This document shows, piece after piece, positions 36,140-46,868 of a DNA stretch of 56,378 bases. How positions within the stretch are numbered: the first letter of the stretch is position 1; each line of letters starts with the position of its first letter. The notes beneath the pieces are model-generated. The model saw only the letters and a program-made list of their open reading frames with translations, made no database searches and had not been told where the DNA came from. Origin of the DNA: Gracilinanus agilis (Eukaryota); assembly GCF_016433145.1 (NCBI RefSeq), contig NC_058134.1, positions 218,056,960 to 218,113,337 of the forward strand, in the 5' to 3' direction. A program made the position numbers and the translations under genes.

Positions 36140-36480
36140 TTTACCCTGGAGAAGGGAAGAGACTTCAGCATTTGGGGTTTGGAGGAGCAGACGGACAGGA
36201 TTGCTGTTTTCAAGTATTGAAGAGCTGTCATGTAAAAGAGGAATCACACTCATCCTGCTTGGACCTACAAGTAGAACTGGGAGTAATGGAGGGAGTTGGA
36301 AGTTTTGGCAGGGGAAATGAAGGGAAGTAGGCAACAGATTTAGGTTTGCTATAAGGAAAGACTTCCTAAAAGTTAGTTTGTTTAAAAGATAAAATTGAAT
36401 TTCTCCAATTCTAGTGAGTTTTCTTTCACTGAAAGATTCCCATTAGGAGCTCAAGAATCATTTATTGGTGATTTTCCTGA
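36140..36480 (+). mobile_element. CR1/L3 3' fragment
   Basis: cctggagaagggaagaga...tgaagagctgtcatg...gaaagacttcctaa resembles L3/CR1 3' sequence. Confidence 0.6.
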
Positions 36481-37065
36481 AGCCTGAGTCTAAGTGTCAT
36501 TCTCCTCTACTATAATCTCTGGAAGTTCCCTATCACCTCTAGGGTCAGATACAACTCCCTCTGACCTTTAATTGTGCACAACCTGACAGCAACCTTCCAC
36601 ACATTACTACCCATCACACTTTCTAAAGTAAAACCAAACTGGCCTTCTCATACAAGGTACTTAATTTATACACATATTTCTCCCCTCCATGCCTAAAAGG
36701 CCCTTTCCTCACTTCTGCCTCTTAGAAGTCCAAGTTTCCTTAAAGATATAATTCAAATGCCATCTCCTACACGAAACCTGTTTTCATTTCCCCAGATCTT
36801 TGACTCCTCCAAATTGCTTTGAATCTGTTGTGTGTATGTGTATGAAATCTGGCTTTAGATACTTACTAACTGTGTCACCCTGGGCAAATCACTTAACCTT
36901 GTTTGTCTCAGTTTCTTCATCTGTAAAATAAGCTGAAGAAAGAAATGGCATCAGTTCCTAGTACATGACAAATTCTTTCAGATACTAGGCAACACTCTAA
37001 GACTGTAAGTTGGAGAGAAAATGCCTGTTTGCCAGTTTCTTATTCAATAAAAATCCAATTCTAGT

Positions 37066-37074
37066 GTCTGTCTG

Positions 37075-37136
<62 letters not shown>
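37066..37136. repeat. (CT)n microsatellite
   Basis: Direct reading. Confidence 0.95.
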
Positions 37137-37139
<3 letters not shown>

Positions 37140-37734
37140 GCCTAGCCCAGTTCTGGATATATACCCTACTGTTAGGTACTTCACAAATGCTTTATTAGAC
37201 TGAATTTACTACCATGAGGCAGGACAAGCTGCCATTAAGAATGCGGCCATTGGCACCAGTCTTCAGAACTTGGAGATGTTGAATAAGGTCAATCCCAAAG
37301 ACGTCTGTTTCTGAAAGTTCTAGGTGAGGTACAAGATAGAGAAAACGGCCTTCTAGTAGTTAACTACCAAGTCATTGAAAAGCTGCCCCGTTCAACTTAG
37401 CATCTTGCAGTTTGGATCCTTCATTGGCTGTTTGGCTGAAGCTTTACTACAGCCAGGTCCTTGCCAAGTCCCAGCATACCCAGGTCCACCCAGGAAGCAG
37501 CTCCCCAAGTCCAGGCTTCAGAAAGCTGCCTTGGAGAGACCCATCATGTCTTCCTTCATTCACCCATCCCAAGCTCTCTGGATCCTGGCAAACAATCACA
37601 GTATTCTCTATAGAGTCTATCCAAATGGCTCTGTGTGCATTTCAAGGCCTTCACAGCCTAGACCAGCCCATCTTGGCAGCTTTACTCTGTATTCATTCCC
37701 TTCCTGCATTCTATGGTCCAGCCAAAATGGCCTT

Positions 37735-37930
37735 TTTAAAAAAATTAAAAATATTTTCTTTCTTTTCATGATCATGTGAAACCCGCTTCAATAATTGGTC
37801 ATTGTTGTAAGAACACACTCAGACAAAATCTGAACCCCAGAACAAAATCATAAATACACAGATGTGAAAGATAGTATGCTTTGATCCGTATCCATCTGAC
37901 TTCAACAGTTCTTTCTCTGGAGGTGGACTG
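37735..37930 (-). mobile_element. Old LINE-1 3' UTR fragment
   Basis: Shares caacagttctttctctggaggtgga with the L1 piece at ~14610. Confidence 0.6.
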
Positions 37931-38645
37931 CACTGTTTCTGGGAAGAACAATTAGAGAGAGCACAATATTTTGGAAAGAGTTCTGAGGTTTGTCAGGAAA
38001 CAGTTGGATTCAAGTTCTGGACCTTGGGCTAGTCCCTATACTATCCCCCTCAGTTTCCCCAGCTGCAAAATATGGATAATACTGGTGTTTCCTCCCTAAA
38101 AGAGTTATATAGAAAAGTAAAGTATTTAATAAATCTTAAGTGGGATTATTTTCTAGGAGCCAGGGGAGCTGGGTTCCAATCAATCAATCAACAAACATTT
38201 ATGAAATACGTACTTTATGCTAAGTACTAAGCCAGATGCTAGGGACACAAAAACAAAAATGGAACAGTCTCTTCCCTCGAGGACCTGCCATTCTATCAGG
38301 AGAGGCTCATCTTTAACCAAATTGTCTCTGCTCTACTATTGCCCTTCCCCTTCTGACCTAACTACTTAATAATCCCAGTTTCTTCTTCATCTAATTTTGT
38401 TAGCTATATCCTTCATTTCCAAATATGTCCCTCTACGGCTTCAATCCCCAGGGAGCCAGTTCTGATAACTCAAGAGTGTTGTGAAGCTCAAAGGAGATAT
38501 TTGCAAAACACTTTGCAGACCTCAAAGCACTATGGAAATGCCAACTATTGTTATTGTTCTTATTTACCAGGTCTCCAGTTACTCGGTCTCCATTTCCTGA
38601 GCCTTCTACTACATTCCTGCTGAGCTCAATGTTTATTGAGCAATA

Positions 38646-38882
38646 CTGGGATATGCTAGTAAATGTTTAACAACCAGGCTGGAGGAGGGGAAGAAATGTA
38701 TGCAGGATGCACTATTAATTAAGTTCAATCTGCATCATTAACCCTTAAGTCTAGACCCTGAACAAAACAAATCCAATTCTGATTTGTCGTGACTGTCAAT
38801 TTCTGAAATAGAAATGCTTGCACTTAAAATATTCAAGAACTGAGCTGAAAGAAGGTTAGAGCTGGCTCCAGCACACTCCCAG
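38646..38882. mobile_element. Old hAT (MER63/Blackjack-like) MITE
   Basis: Ends ctgggatatgctagtaaatgtttaacaacc and ggctccagcacactcccag resemble MER63 termini as recalled; no TSD. Confidence 0.5.
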
Positions 38883-40219
38883 GATAAAGAAAACTAGGGA
38901 TTTGCAATGGGAGTGGGGAGTGGACCAGTCTCTGAAGCCAGGAAATCAGGCCAGTCCTTGGGAGGTCAGGAGACATATAGAAGATGAAGGGAAGATGAAA
39001 ACCCAGCGACCAGAGGCAGAAGAGGTGATCTAGACTGGTGCCCAGGAGGAGCTGATGCCCAGAAAGGTGGTAAGATCACATAAGTCCATAGTCTTATCCT
39101 AAGGCTAAGAGAAGTATCAGAGCCAAATTTTTCAGCCGATGATTTCAAAGATTTATGAACCTTTTCTGAATCTGCAGGTTTTGCCCAATCTTAGGCAATA
39201 TACAACGCCTTCTGTCAATATCAATTCTAAGATAGAAGGGCAAGGGCTAGACAATCCAAGTTAAGTGACTTGCCCAGGCACTAGGAAGTGTTTGAGGTCA
39301 CTGTTAGCCACCTAGCTGCCCCTGCTACAGGGTTTTTTTTAAGGATTCTCAAATATGTATTTCTTAAATGAAAAAAAGCACTCACCTGGAGTTAGGAAGA
39401 CTAAGGTTTGTAGCCTACCCCATCCACTTACCAGCTCTGAAACCTTGAGAAAAGCATTAAACCTCTCTAGGTCACAATTTCTCATCTGGAAAGTGAGGGG
39501 GGATTGGTCATGACATCCAAGCTCTCTTCCAGATCTCTAGCTGACATGAGTTAGGTGGTACTAGTATCCTTATCCTTGTCTCATAGATGAGGAAACTCAG
39601 GCTGAAAAGTGAAATACTTTGTTTAAGGACACACGGCTTGTCAAGTCTGCAGTGAGATGAGAAGAGGACAGCCTTGAGGCTAAAACCCAATTCTCCATTT
39701 AAGCCCCTCTTCTCTTGTATCCTCCCCATCTCCTCTACCTCCAGGCCTCTCTTCTATAAAACCTTATTGAAAAGATCTCACAGCAAGAACTCAAACCCAT
39801 CAGCACCCTATACCACACTTAACTCCTCCCCCCCCCCCAATATCTTTATGGCCTGATGGGAGAATGGCATTCTTTTATTCTAGGAAAAAAAACCTTTCTC
39901 CAATGGATTGTTATAAGCCCACCAGCTAGTCCTGGTTGCATTTTTTTTTTTTATTTTTTATTTCTCTCTCCAGTATTTAATCTGATGCTTGCAAGGACTT
40001 AATATACTTTTTCATTCCTTCGTCCCTTCATTCATTCACTCATGCATATACCCATGCATTCATTCAGGGACATAGTTTCCCAGATCCTTTCATTTAAGAA
40101 GCCCAGAAACAGAGATCCACTTTGCCCACACCCATAGTGCCTCACCCATTATGGTTTTCCGAGAACAGTTTCAAATAGGAGGAAATATGTGGCTGTATAC
40201 AAAGATTAACCACTTCATC

Positions 40220-40225
40220 TTTATT
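40220..40225 (-). terminator. MPST: Probable MPST polyadenylation signal AATAAA
   Basis: First minus-strand AATAAA I found after the stop codon (~370 nt downstream); another lies at 39874-39879. Confidence 0.55.
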
Positions 40226-40591
40226 GGCAGTAAAAGATAGGAGGAGGTAGGTCTGGTGATCAACCCAGGCTAAATTTCAGAGGGCCATATTCAGCGCTAG
40301 GTAAGCCCCTCTGTCCCCATTCCCCACTTCAATTGACCCTAACAGATCCCTTCACCATTGCCAAAGATATTTTCTGTGCCCTTCCGTTTTGTCTCAGAAT
40401 TAGGATGTACCAAAGGCCTTCCAGAGGGAGAAAAAGGGGGTGTGCCACCCAGGCTACCCCTTGAGAATAAAAAATTAAATTTGGCCATCATAGTTAAAAA
40501 AGAGGAAAAATTGCTAGGTTGGACTGCCCCCATCCTGGGGTGGTAAGGCCTGGTGGCTTAGGATCAGGGGAGGCCCCTGTGTGCTCCTCAC

Positions 40592-40890
40592 TCAGAGGGT
40601 CTTGCCTCTGCCCTCCGAGATGATATCCTCAGGCCGGGCTCGCATGTACCACTCCACCCAGGCTCCATCATAGATGGACACACCGGGCTCGCCACAGAGA
40701 TAAGCACCCAGGGCTACATGGCAGGCAGTGACGCCTGAGCCGCAAGTGGCCACCAGGGGCTTCGAGAGATCCACCTTCTTCTCCTCGAATAGTCTTTGGA
40801 TGTCGTCAGGGCTCTTCTCTAGGCCCTCCTCAGTCATGAAGTCGGTGAAGGGGATGTTCACGGTGCCAGGGATATGTCCCGGTTCGATGC
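40592..40890 (-). CDS. MPST: MPST terminal coding exon with catalytic loop CGSGVT
   Basis: Acceptor ccttctttag|GC, in phase with the previous exon; (G)IEPGHIPGTVNIPF...TCGSGVTAC...EGRGKTL-stop. 586+299=885 nt, i.e. 294 aa. The CGSGVT loop distinguishes MPST from TST (CRKGVT). Confidence 0.97.
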
Positions 40891-41634
40891 CTAAAGAAGG
40901 AAAAAAAGATTCTTCCAGTGGGAGGTGGGAATTAGCAGAGGGGTGGGAAAATCTGAGTTGGACTGGAATTCTGGCCTTGCAGCTAGAATTACCTGTGGCC
41001 TAGTGCTTAGCACAGTGCCTGGCATATAGTTGGAATTTTTAAAAATTAAATAACCCTTACTTTCTCTCTTAGTAGCAACTAAGCTAGGCAAATGGAGTCA
41101 AATGACTTGTCCAGGATCACACAGTTAGGAAGTGTCTGAGGCCAGATTAAAATCTAGATCTTCTTGATTCCAGGACTCTATCCCCCGTGCCACCTAGCTA
41201 CCCCACGTGGGAGGCACTGATTATTGAATGACTGACCTTCCCCTCTCAGTTTCCTAATCTGTAAAATGAGGGAGTTAGGATTACTTAGAGTGGGCAGGGC
41301 CCTCAGTGTCATTTACTTCAACCTGTTCATTTTATAGATGAGGAAACTGAGGTTTCCATTTCCATTAACTGGCTTAAGGTCAAAGGATCCTAGGAATCAC
41401 ACATTTAGAAATGGAAGGGACCTCAGATTTTTTTAATCCAACCCTGCTTTTATGCCTACGAAATGGTCTAGGGGAAGTAAGTGACTTTCCTACAGTCACA
41501 GAGATAATGACAGTTGCAAGATTTCAGTCCAACTCCTCTGACTTCACAACACATTGTCTGCTCTAGGGTGGAGCTAAGGTCACTTCTAGCTCTAGTTCTG
41601 ATCCTAAAATAAAATTTTTTTTAAGTCGAGAATT

Positions 41635-42190
41635 TAGGGAGATTGTGAAAAATAAAGGACATGGATCAACTGACCAAGTTGTGGCATATGACTGTGATGG
41701 AATACTATTGTGCTATAAGAAGTGATAAGTAGGATGGTTTCAGAAAAGCCTTGGAAGACTTCTATGAATCATGCAAAGTGAAGTGAGCAGAACTCTGTAC
41801 AGTAACAGCAATATTATATAGTGATCAACTGTGAAGGACTTAGCTATTTTCATCAAGACAATGATCCTAGAGACCCATGAAAAAATGCTCTCCACCTCCA
41901 GAAAGAAAACTGAGGAATTCTGAGTGCAGCTTGAAGCATACTTAAAATTAAAAAAAAAAAAAGCTTTATTTTTCTTGTTTTTGTGTATTTTCTTTTGTAA
42001 CATGGTTTATATGGAAATGTGTTTTGCATACCTCAAAGGTATAAATGAAATCAAAATGTTTACTTACTTCCTCAAGTAGGGGCAGGAAGAGAGAGAATTT
42101 GGAATTCAAAATTTTTAAAAATGATTGTTAATTTTTTTAAACATGTAATTGGGGAATAATGAAATTTAAAATGTTTTTAATTAAAAAAAG
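41635..42190 (+). mobile_element. Old LINE-1 3' fragment in MPST intron
   Basis: tgtgatggaatactattgtgct...tgcaaagtgaagtgagcagaac ORF2-tail signature and A-rich end. Confidence 0.7.
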
Positions 42191-43750
42191 ATTAAAAGGC
42201 ATGCCCTAGGAGAGGAGCAATCTGGTTTTGAATGGATAAGATTCTGGAAGGGACTTTAGATATCATTTAATCTATTCATCATTCCTCCTCTCTCCCCTCT
42301 TCCCACCTGTTCACTTCCTGCCTCTTTCCTCATCTACAATGCTAAGGAAACAGATCTAGAAAAGAGAACTGATTTTCCTAAGCTAAAGTAGTAAGTATCA
42401 GATCCAGGCTTTAAGACTGAGACAAGTCCTCTGATTGCAAACCCCTAGTGTACTTTGCGCTCAACCCAGTGCCTAAAGAGGGATGAGGGCGAAGGAGGGT
42501 AAAGGAACTAGGGGTGAGAAGCTCTTGTCTAAGATTGAAGGACTAGCAGGCTAGAGATCATGGAGCTCTAATAGAAGACAAACAGAAGAAATGCAGAGCT
42601 GGAAGGGACCTTGGCTCCCCCAGCTCATTTGGCACTGAAGCAGAAACTCCAGTTCCAGTAGCCCCAACAGGCAGCCATCCCAAAATCAACTAGCTTATAG
42701 ACCTCCAAGGCCAGGGAGATACTACCCTAAGGTCTGTTTGCTAAATGGAAAGGAAGAACAATGGCCTTGGCCATCAGAGCCAAGTTTTGGAGGTGGCACT
42801 CCCAGGCTATGAACTCTTATGAACAGCTTTCCCTGTTCTGATCCTTAGGTCTCTACTCCACAAAATAAGGATGATGTTCACATTACCCATCTCATAGGGA
42901 ACTTGAGAGGCTCGAGTACTTGGTAATGGGCTACTTACTTGCCCTCCTTATATCCCCCTAATGCCTAGTTATGGTATCTGGTACCAAGGACAACCTTAGC
43001 TAAACAACTGTTGGCTTGACTATAATGATTAATGTTTAAATCCTAAGAATAACTACCAATCATATAGGGTTTTAGAGTTAACAGAGCACTTTACAGAGCA
43101 CATTACACTTATTTAATTCATTTTAAATGATGACAAGGTGGGTGCCATTATTATTATCCTGATCGAATGGACGAGGAAACAGGCCAATGGAGATGAAATG
43201 ACTTGGCCAGGGTGTCTAAAGCAGGACTTGAACTCAAGTATTTCTGATTCCAAAAATCAACACATGAAGTCAAGTTGCTTCTTAGCTAGGTAGTGTAGTG
43301 GTGAGAACAGGGCCCTTGGAGTCACTAAGACCTGAGTTTGGATTCTGCCTCAAATGTTACCTAGCAGTATGACTGATCCTGGGCAAGTCCCATCATTCTC
43401 TGTGCCTTGATTAGACTCAATGGTCCCTGAAGGACCTTCCAACTCTATTACCATGATATAGATTATTCTGGGAGATGAAGAGTTCTCCATCCTTGGAAAT
43501 CTTCAAGGAGAAAACCTGACCTCTACTAGATTTGCTGGGTCAATTTTAGAGAGAATTCTCATTCAGAGGTGTATTTGATTGGCTGAATGGATAGAATACT
43601 GGGTCTGAGTAAATCACTCGACCTCTCTCTGCCTTGGTTTCCTCACTTGTAAAATGGTGGAAATAATAGCACCTCCTTCTCAGGGTTGTGAGAATCAAAT
43701 GAGATAATATCTGTAAAAGGCTTGCATAGTTTGTGGCACATAGTATATAA

Positions 43751-43884
43751 NNNNNNNNNNNNNNNNNNNNNNNNNNNNNNNNNNNNNNNNNNNNNNNNNN
43801 NNNNNNNNNNNNNNNNNNNNNNNNNNNNNNNNNNNNNNNNNNNNNNNNNNNNNNNNNNNNNNNNNNNNNNNNNNNNNNNNNNNN
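43751..43884. other. Assembly gap (134 N) in MPST intron
   Basis: N-run. Confidence 0.98.
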
Positions 43885-44844
43885 AGATTCTACAATAATT
43901 ATTGGCATGCAGTTATTATTTTGAATTTAGGCAGTGAAGAAACACACCAAATTAAATGTCCTCAAAGGTTTAAATAACCCATAGAATGTAGCAATGCCTG
44001 AAGGGAACTGTAACCCATAGAAATGAAGGGCACAGGAACCAAGGCAACATTCTAATCCTTGGGTGGAAGCATACCAAGTTCCTGGGCCAGGCAGCCTAAG
44101 CTCTGGGCCAGAAAGAGGAATCCAAAGGGTCTTCATACATAGGAAACTTAAGACTGTAGCAGAATTTCACTGATTGTAGCCATCACCCCTAAAGACCTTC
44201 TCCTAGCATGTGGGGTTCTCTCTGGTCCTAGTGGTATACAGGCTCAATCTAAAGCAAGTAGGGACCAGGCAGTGTGTGCCTGCCAGCTGAGGACCAGTGC
44301 AACAACCAAAGACAGCACATAATTGGGGTTAACAAAGCACAGAGGGCACGTGGACCACTCTGCTCCCCATTGCAGGGTCTTCTCAGACCCAAACTCTCCT
44401 CTCTGGCCTCTAGGTGAAGTTTCTCAAGGCCAGGAGCTGTTTCCTTCATGTTATTGTCTCCCAGGATCCTAGACTAGTGCCTGGCACAGAGCAGGTAAGT
44501 AATCAGTCCATGGCTACTCATTCACCCCTATTTTATAAATAAGAAAACTACAGCTCATAGTGGCTAAATGAAGGTGAAGCTAAAAATACTAGAATTTTGT
44601 GTCTAGGGTCTGAGGATCTGGGTTCAAATTCTGGCTCTCCTACTTAAAACTTGAGTGACTTTGGACAAATCCTATCACCTGTCCAAGCCTCAGTTTCCTC
44701 ATCTGTAAAATAGGGACAATAATAGTCCTTTCCCAAAATGGGGTTGTTGTGAGGATCAAATGAGCTAAAGGATACAATGTACTTCTCAAGCCCTTCCAGC
44801 TATAGAGATGGGAGCTCTTACTGTTATTATCAGAGTAACTAGGT

Positions 44845-45080
44845 AGTTCCATGGATAGAGCACCGAGCTTGGAGTCACAAAGACTCATCTTTGTGAATTC
44901 AAATATGGCCTCATACATTTATTAGCTATGTGACCCTGGACAAGTCATTTCATCTCACTTGCCTCCATCTCGTCATCTGTAAAATGAGCCAGAGAAGGAA
45001 ATGGCAAACCACTCCAAAATCTTTGCCAAGAAAATCTCAAATGGAGTCACAAAAAGTTGGACACGACGGAACAACAAAAA
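44845..45080 (+). mobile_element. MAR1-type CORE-SINE
   Basis: gagccagagaaggaaatggcaaaccactcc...ggacacgac...aacaacaa. Confidence 0.75.
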
Positions 45081-45889
45081 ATCATGATCACAATTGCTAT
45101 TATGATGCTTTCAGCCTGACTCTCAGTTTCTCCTTCAGTTTCCCATGTCCCTTTGGATACTCCCCAGCACCCTGGATCTAATAGGGCCACTACAGGTTCC
45201 AGTAGGCAGCAGAGACCAGACCATAGGAAGTGAAAAGAAGACAGTAAGCCAACTGCTCTCTCCCAGCCTGTTTTCTGCCCATCTGTGTGTTCACTAGCAA
45301 ACACACCTTCCATTGCTGCTGTCCTGGCCCATGGCAAGAGAATTCTACCACCCCAGAGGTACATGTCCATAGCACTTTATATGAGTTCTCTTATTTGTGG
45401 CGGAGAAGATGAATGATGGGAGGGGGAAGTCTGGATGGAGACCAACTGGGACATTCCTTGATGGCAAATGGGATTGTTCTTAGGCAGTCACTTTCCTCTT
45501 CTGAGTTTCAGAGTTATAAAACTTTTCCCAGTTTTGAATCTATGATCTAAAGTCACTTTCCTTCTAGGGGCCTCAGTTTGATCATTTGTAGAATTAATAA
45601 GGTTGGACCCTTCTGATGGCCTCTGAGATCCCTTCTAATGTCAAAGCTATGACTATGATTTATTATGATCATATAATTTGGAATGGGAAAGGGAATGTTG
45701 GAAATCATCTAGAATATCATGTGGTACCATGGAAAAAGTCACTGGAGTCAGAGGATCTGGATTTGAATTGTAGTTTTGCTCCTTTCTGCCTGTGTGACCT
45801 TGGGCAAGTCATTTCAACCCCATGGGCCTCAAGTTCCCCTAAGATGAGATAACACAATTAGATCTCTAAGGGCCCAAACTCGTGATCTT

Positions 45890-46090
45890 CTTTTTTTAAA
45901 ACCCTTACCTTCTGTCTAAGAAACAATATTGTGTATTGGTTCCAAGGCAGAAGAGCAGTAAGGGCTAGGCAATGGGACTGAAGTGATTTGCCCAGAGTCA
46001 CACAGCTAGGAAGTGTCTGAGGCCAGATCTGAACCCAGGTCTTCCTGTCTGCAAGCAAGTCTCTCTTCACTGAACCACCCAGCTGTGCCT
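45890..46090 (-). mobile_element. SINE1-type SINE in MPST intron
   Basis: tttaaaacccttaccttctgtc...agctgtgcc. Confidence 0.85.
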
Positions 46091-46282
46091 CCAACCCCTT
46101 CTTTTTTCAGAGGAGGAAATGGAAGTTCAGATTGAACGAGCGAGTTGTGTATGATCGCATAGGCAGGAAGAAGAGCTGGTCCTCAGACTGTAAATACTGT
46201 ATGATCTTTCTGTTGCCTTCCCCTCCATGCCCCCACCCCCAACCCCACCTGGGGGCCAGAGCCAAGGCCGTAGCTGTATTAC

Positions 46283-46868
46283 CTTCCCGGGGTTCTGGCT
46301 CAATGCCCTTGAAGCGCCCTGCAGCACGGGCATCTACAACCTGGAACTGTCGTGAGTCGATGTTCTCCTTGATGTCTTCGTAGGTCTTCACAAACATCGG
46401 GTTGAGGGTGGCCTGGAACTCAGCTCGAACAGGGCGGGTCCTGCCAGAGCCCAGAGGGTACCCCTCCCGCTGCCAGTTCCTTAACCCTCCATTCAGTAGT
46501 GAGACAGTCTTGTGCCCAAAGACCCTGAACATCCACCACACTCGGGGAGCGGAGAAGAGGCCCTGGTCACTGGCATCATACACTACCACGTGGGTGCCGT
46601 TACTCACCCCCAGCTTGCCAACATACTCAGCAAAGTCTGCAGCTTTGGGCAGCATATGGTCGTAGGGGGACGTCCGGTCGCTGCAGAGGTCAATGTCGAA
46701 GAAGGCTGCTCCGGGGATATGGCGTTCTTCAAACTCCTGTCGAGGGTCTCGTTTCATCTTGGGCAGGTACCACGAGGCATCGAGCAGCTGCAGAGGCTGG
46801 GATGTCTTCAAGGCCTCAGCAACCCATTTGGCAGATACCAGAGCTCTGAAGAGGGATCCTGCTGCCAT
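46283..46868 (-). CDS. MPST: MPST (3-mercaptopyruvate sulfurtransferase) first coding exon, N-terminal rhodanese domain
   Basis: [20 protein letters not shown]...LLDASWYLP...[13 protein letters not shown]...SPYDHMLP...EPEPRE-G. Donor G|GTAATA at 46282, phase 1. The exon acceptor is 54 nt upstream of the ATG (ttcttacctag|TTG at 46922). Confidence 0.96.
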
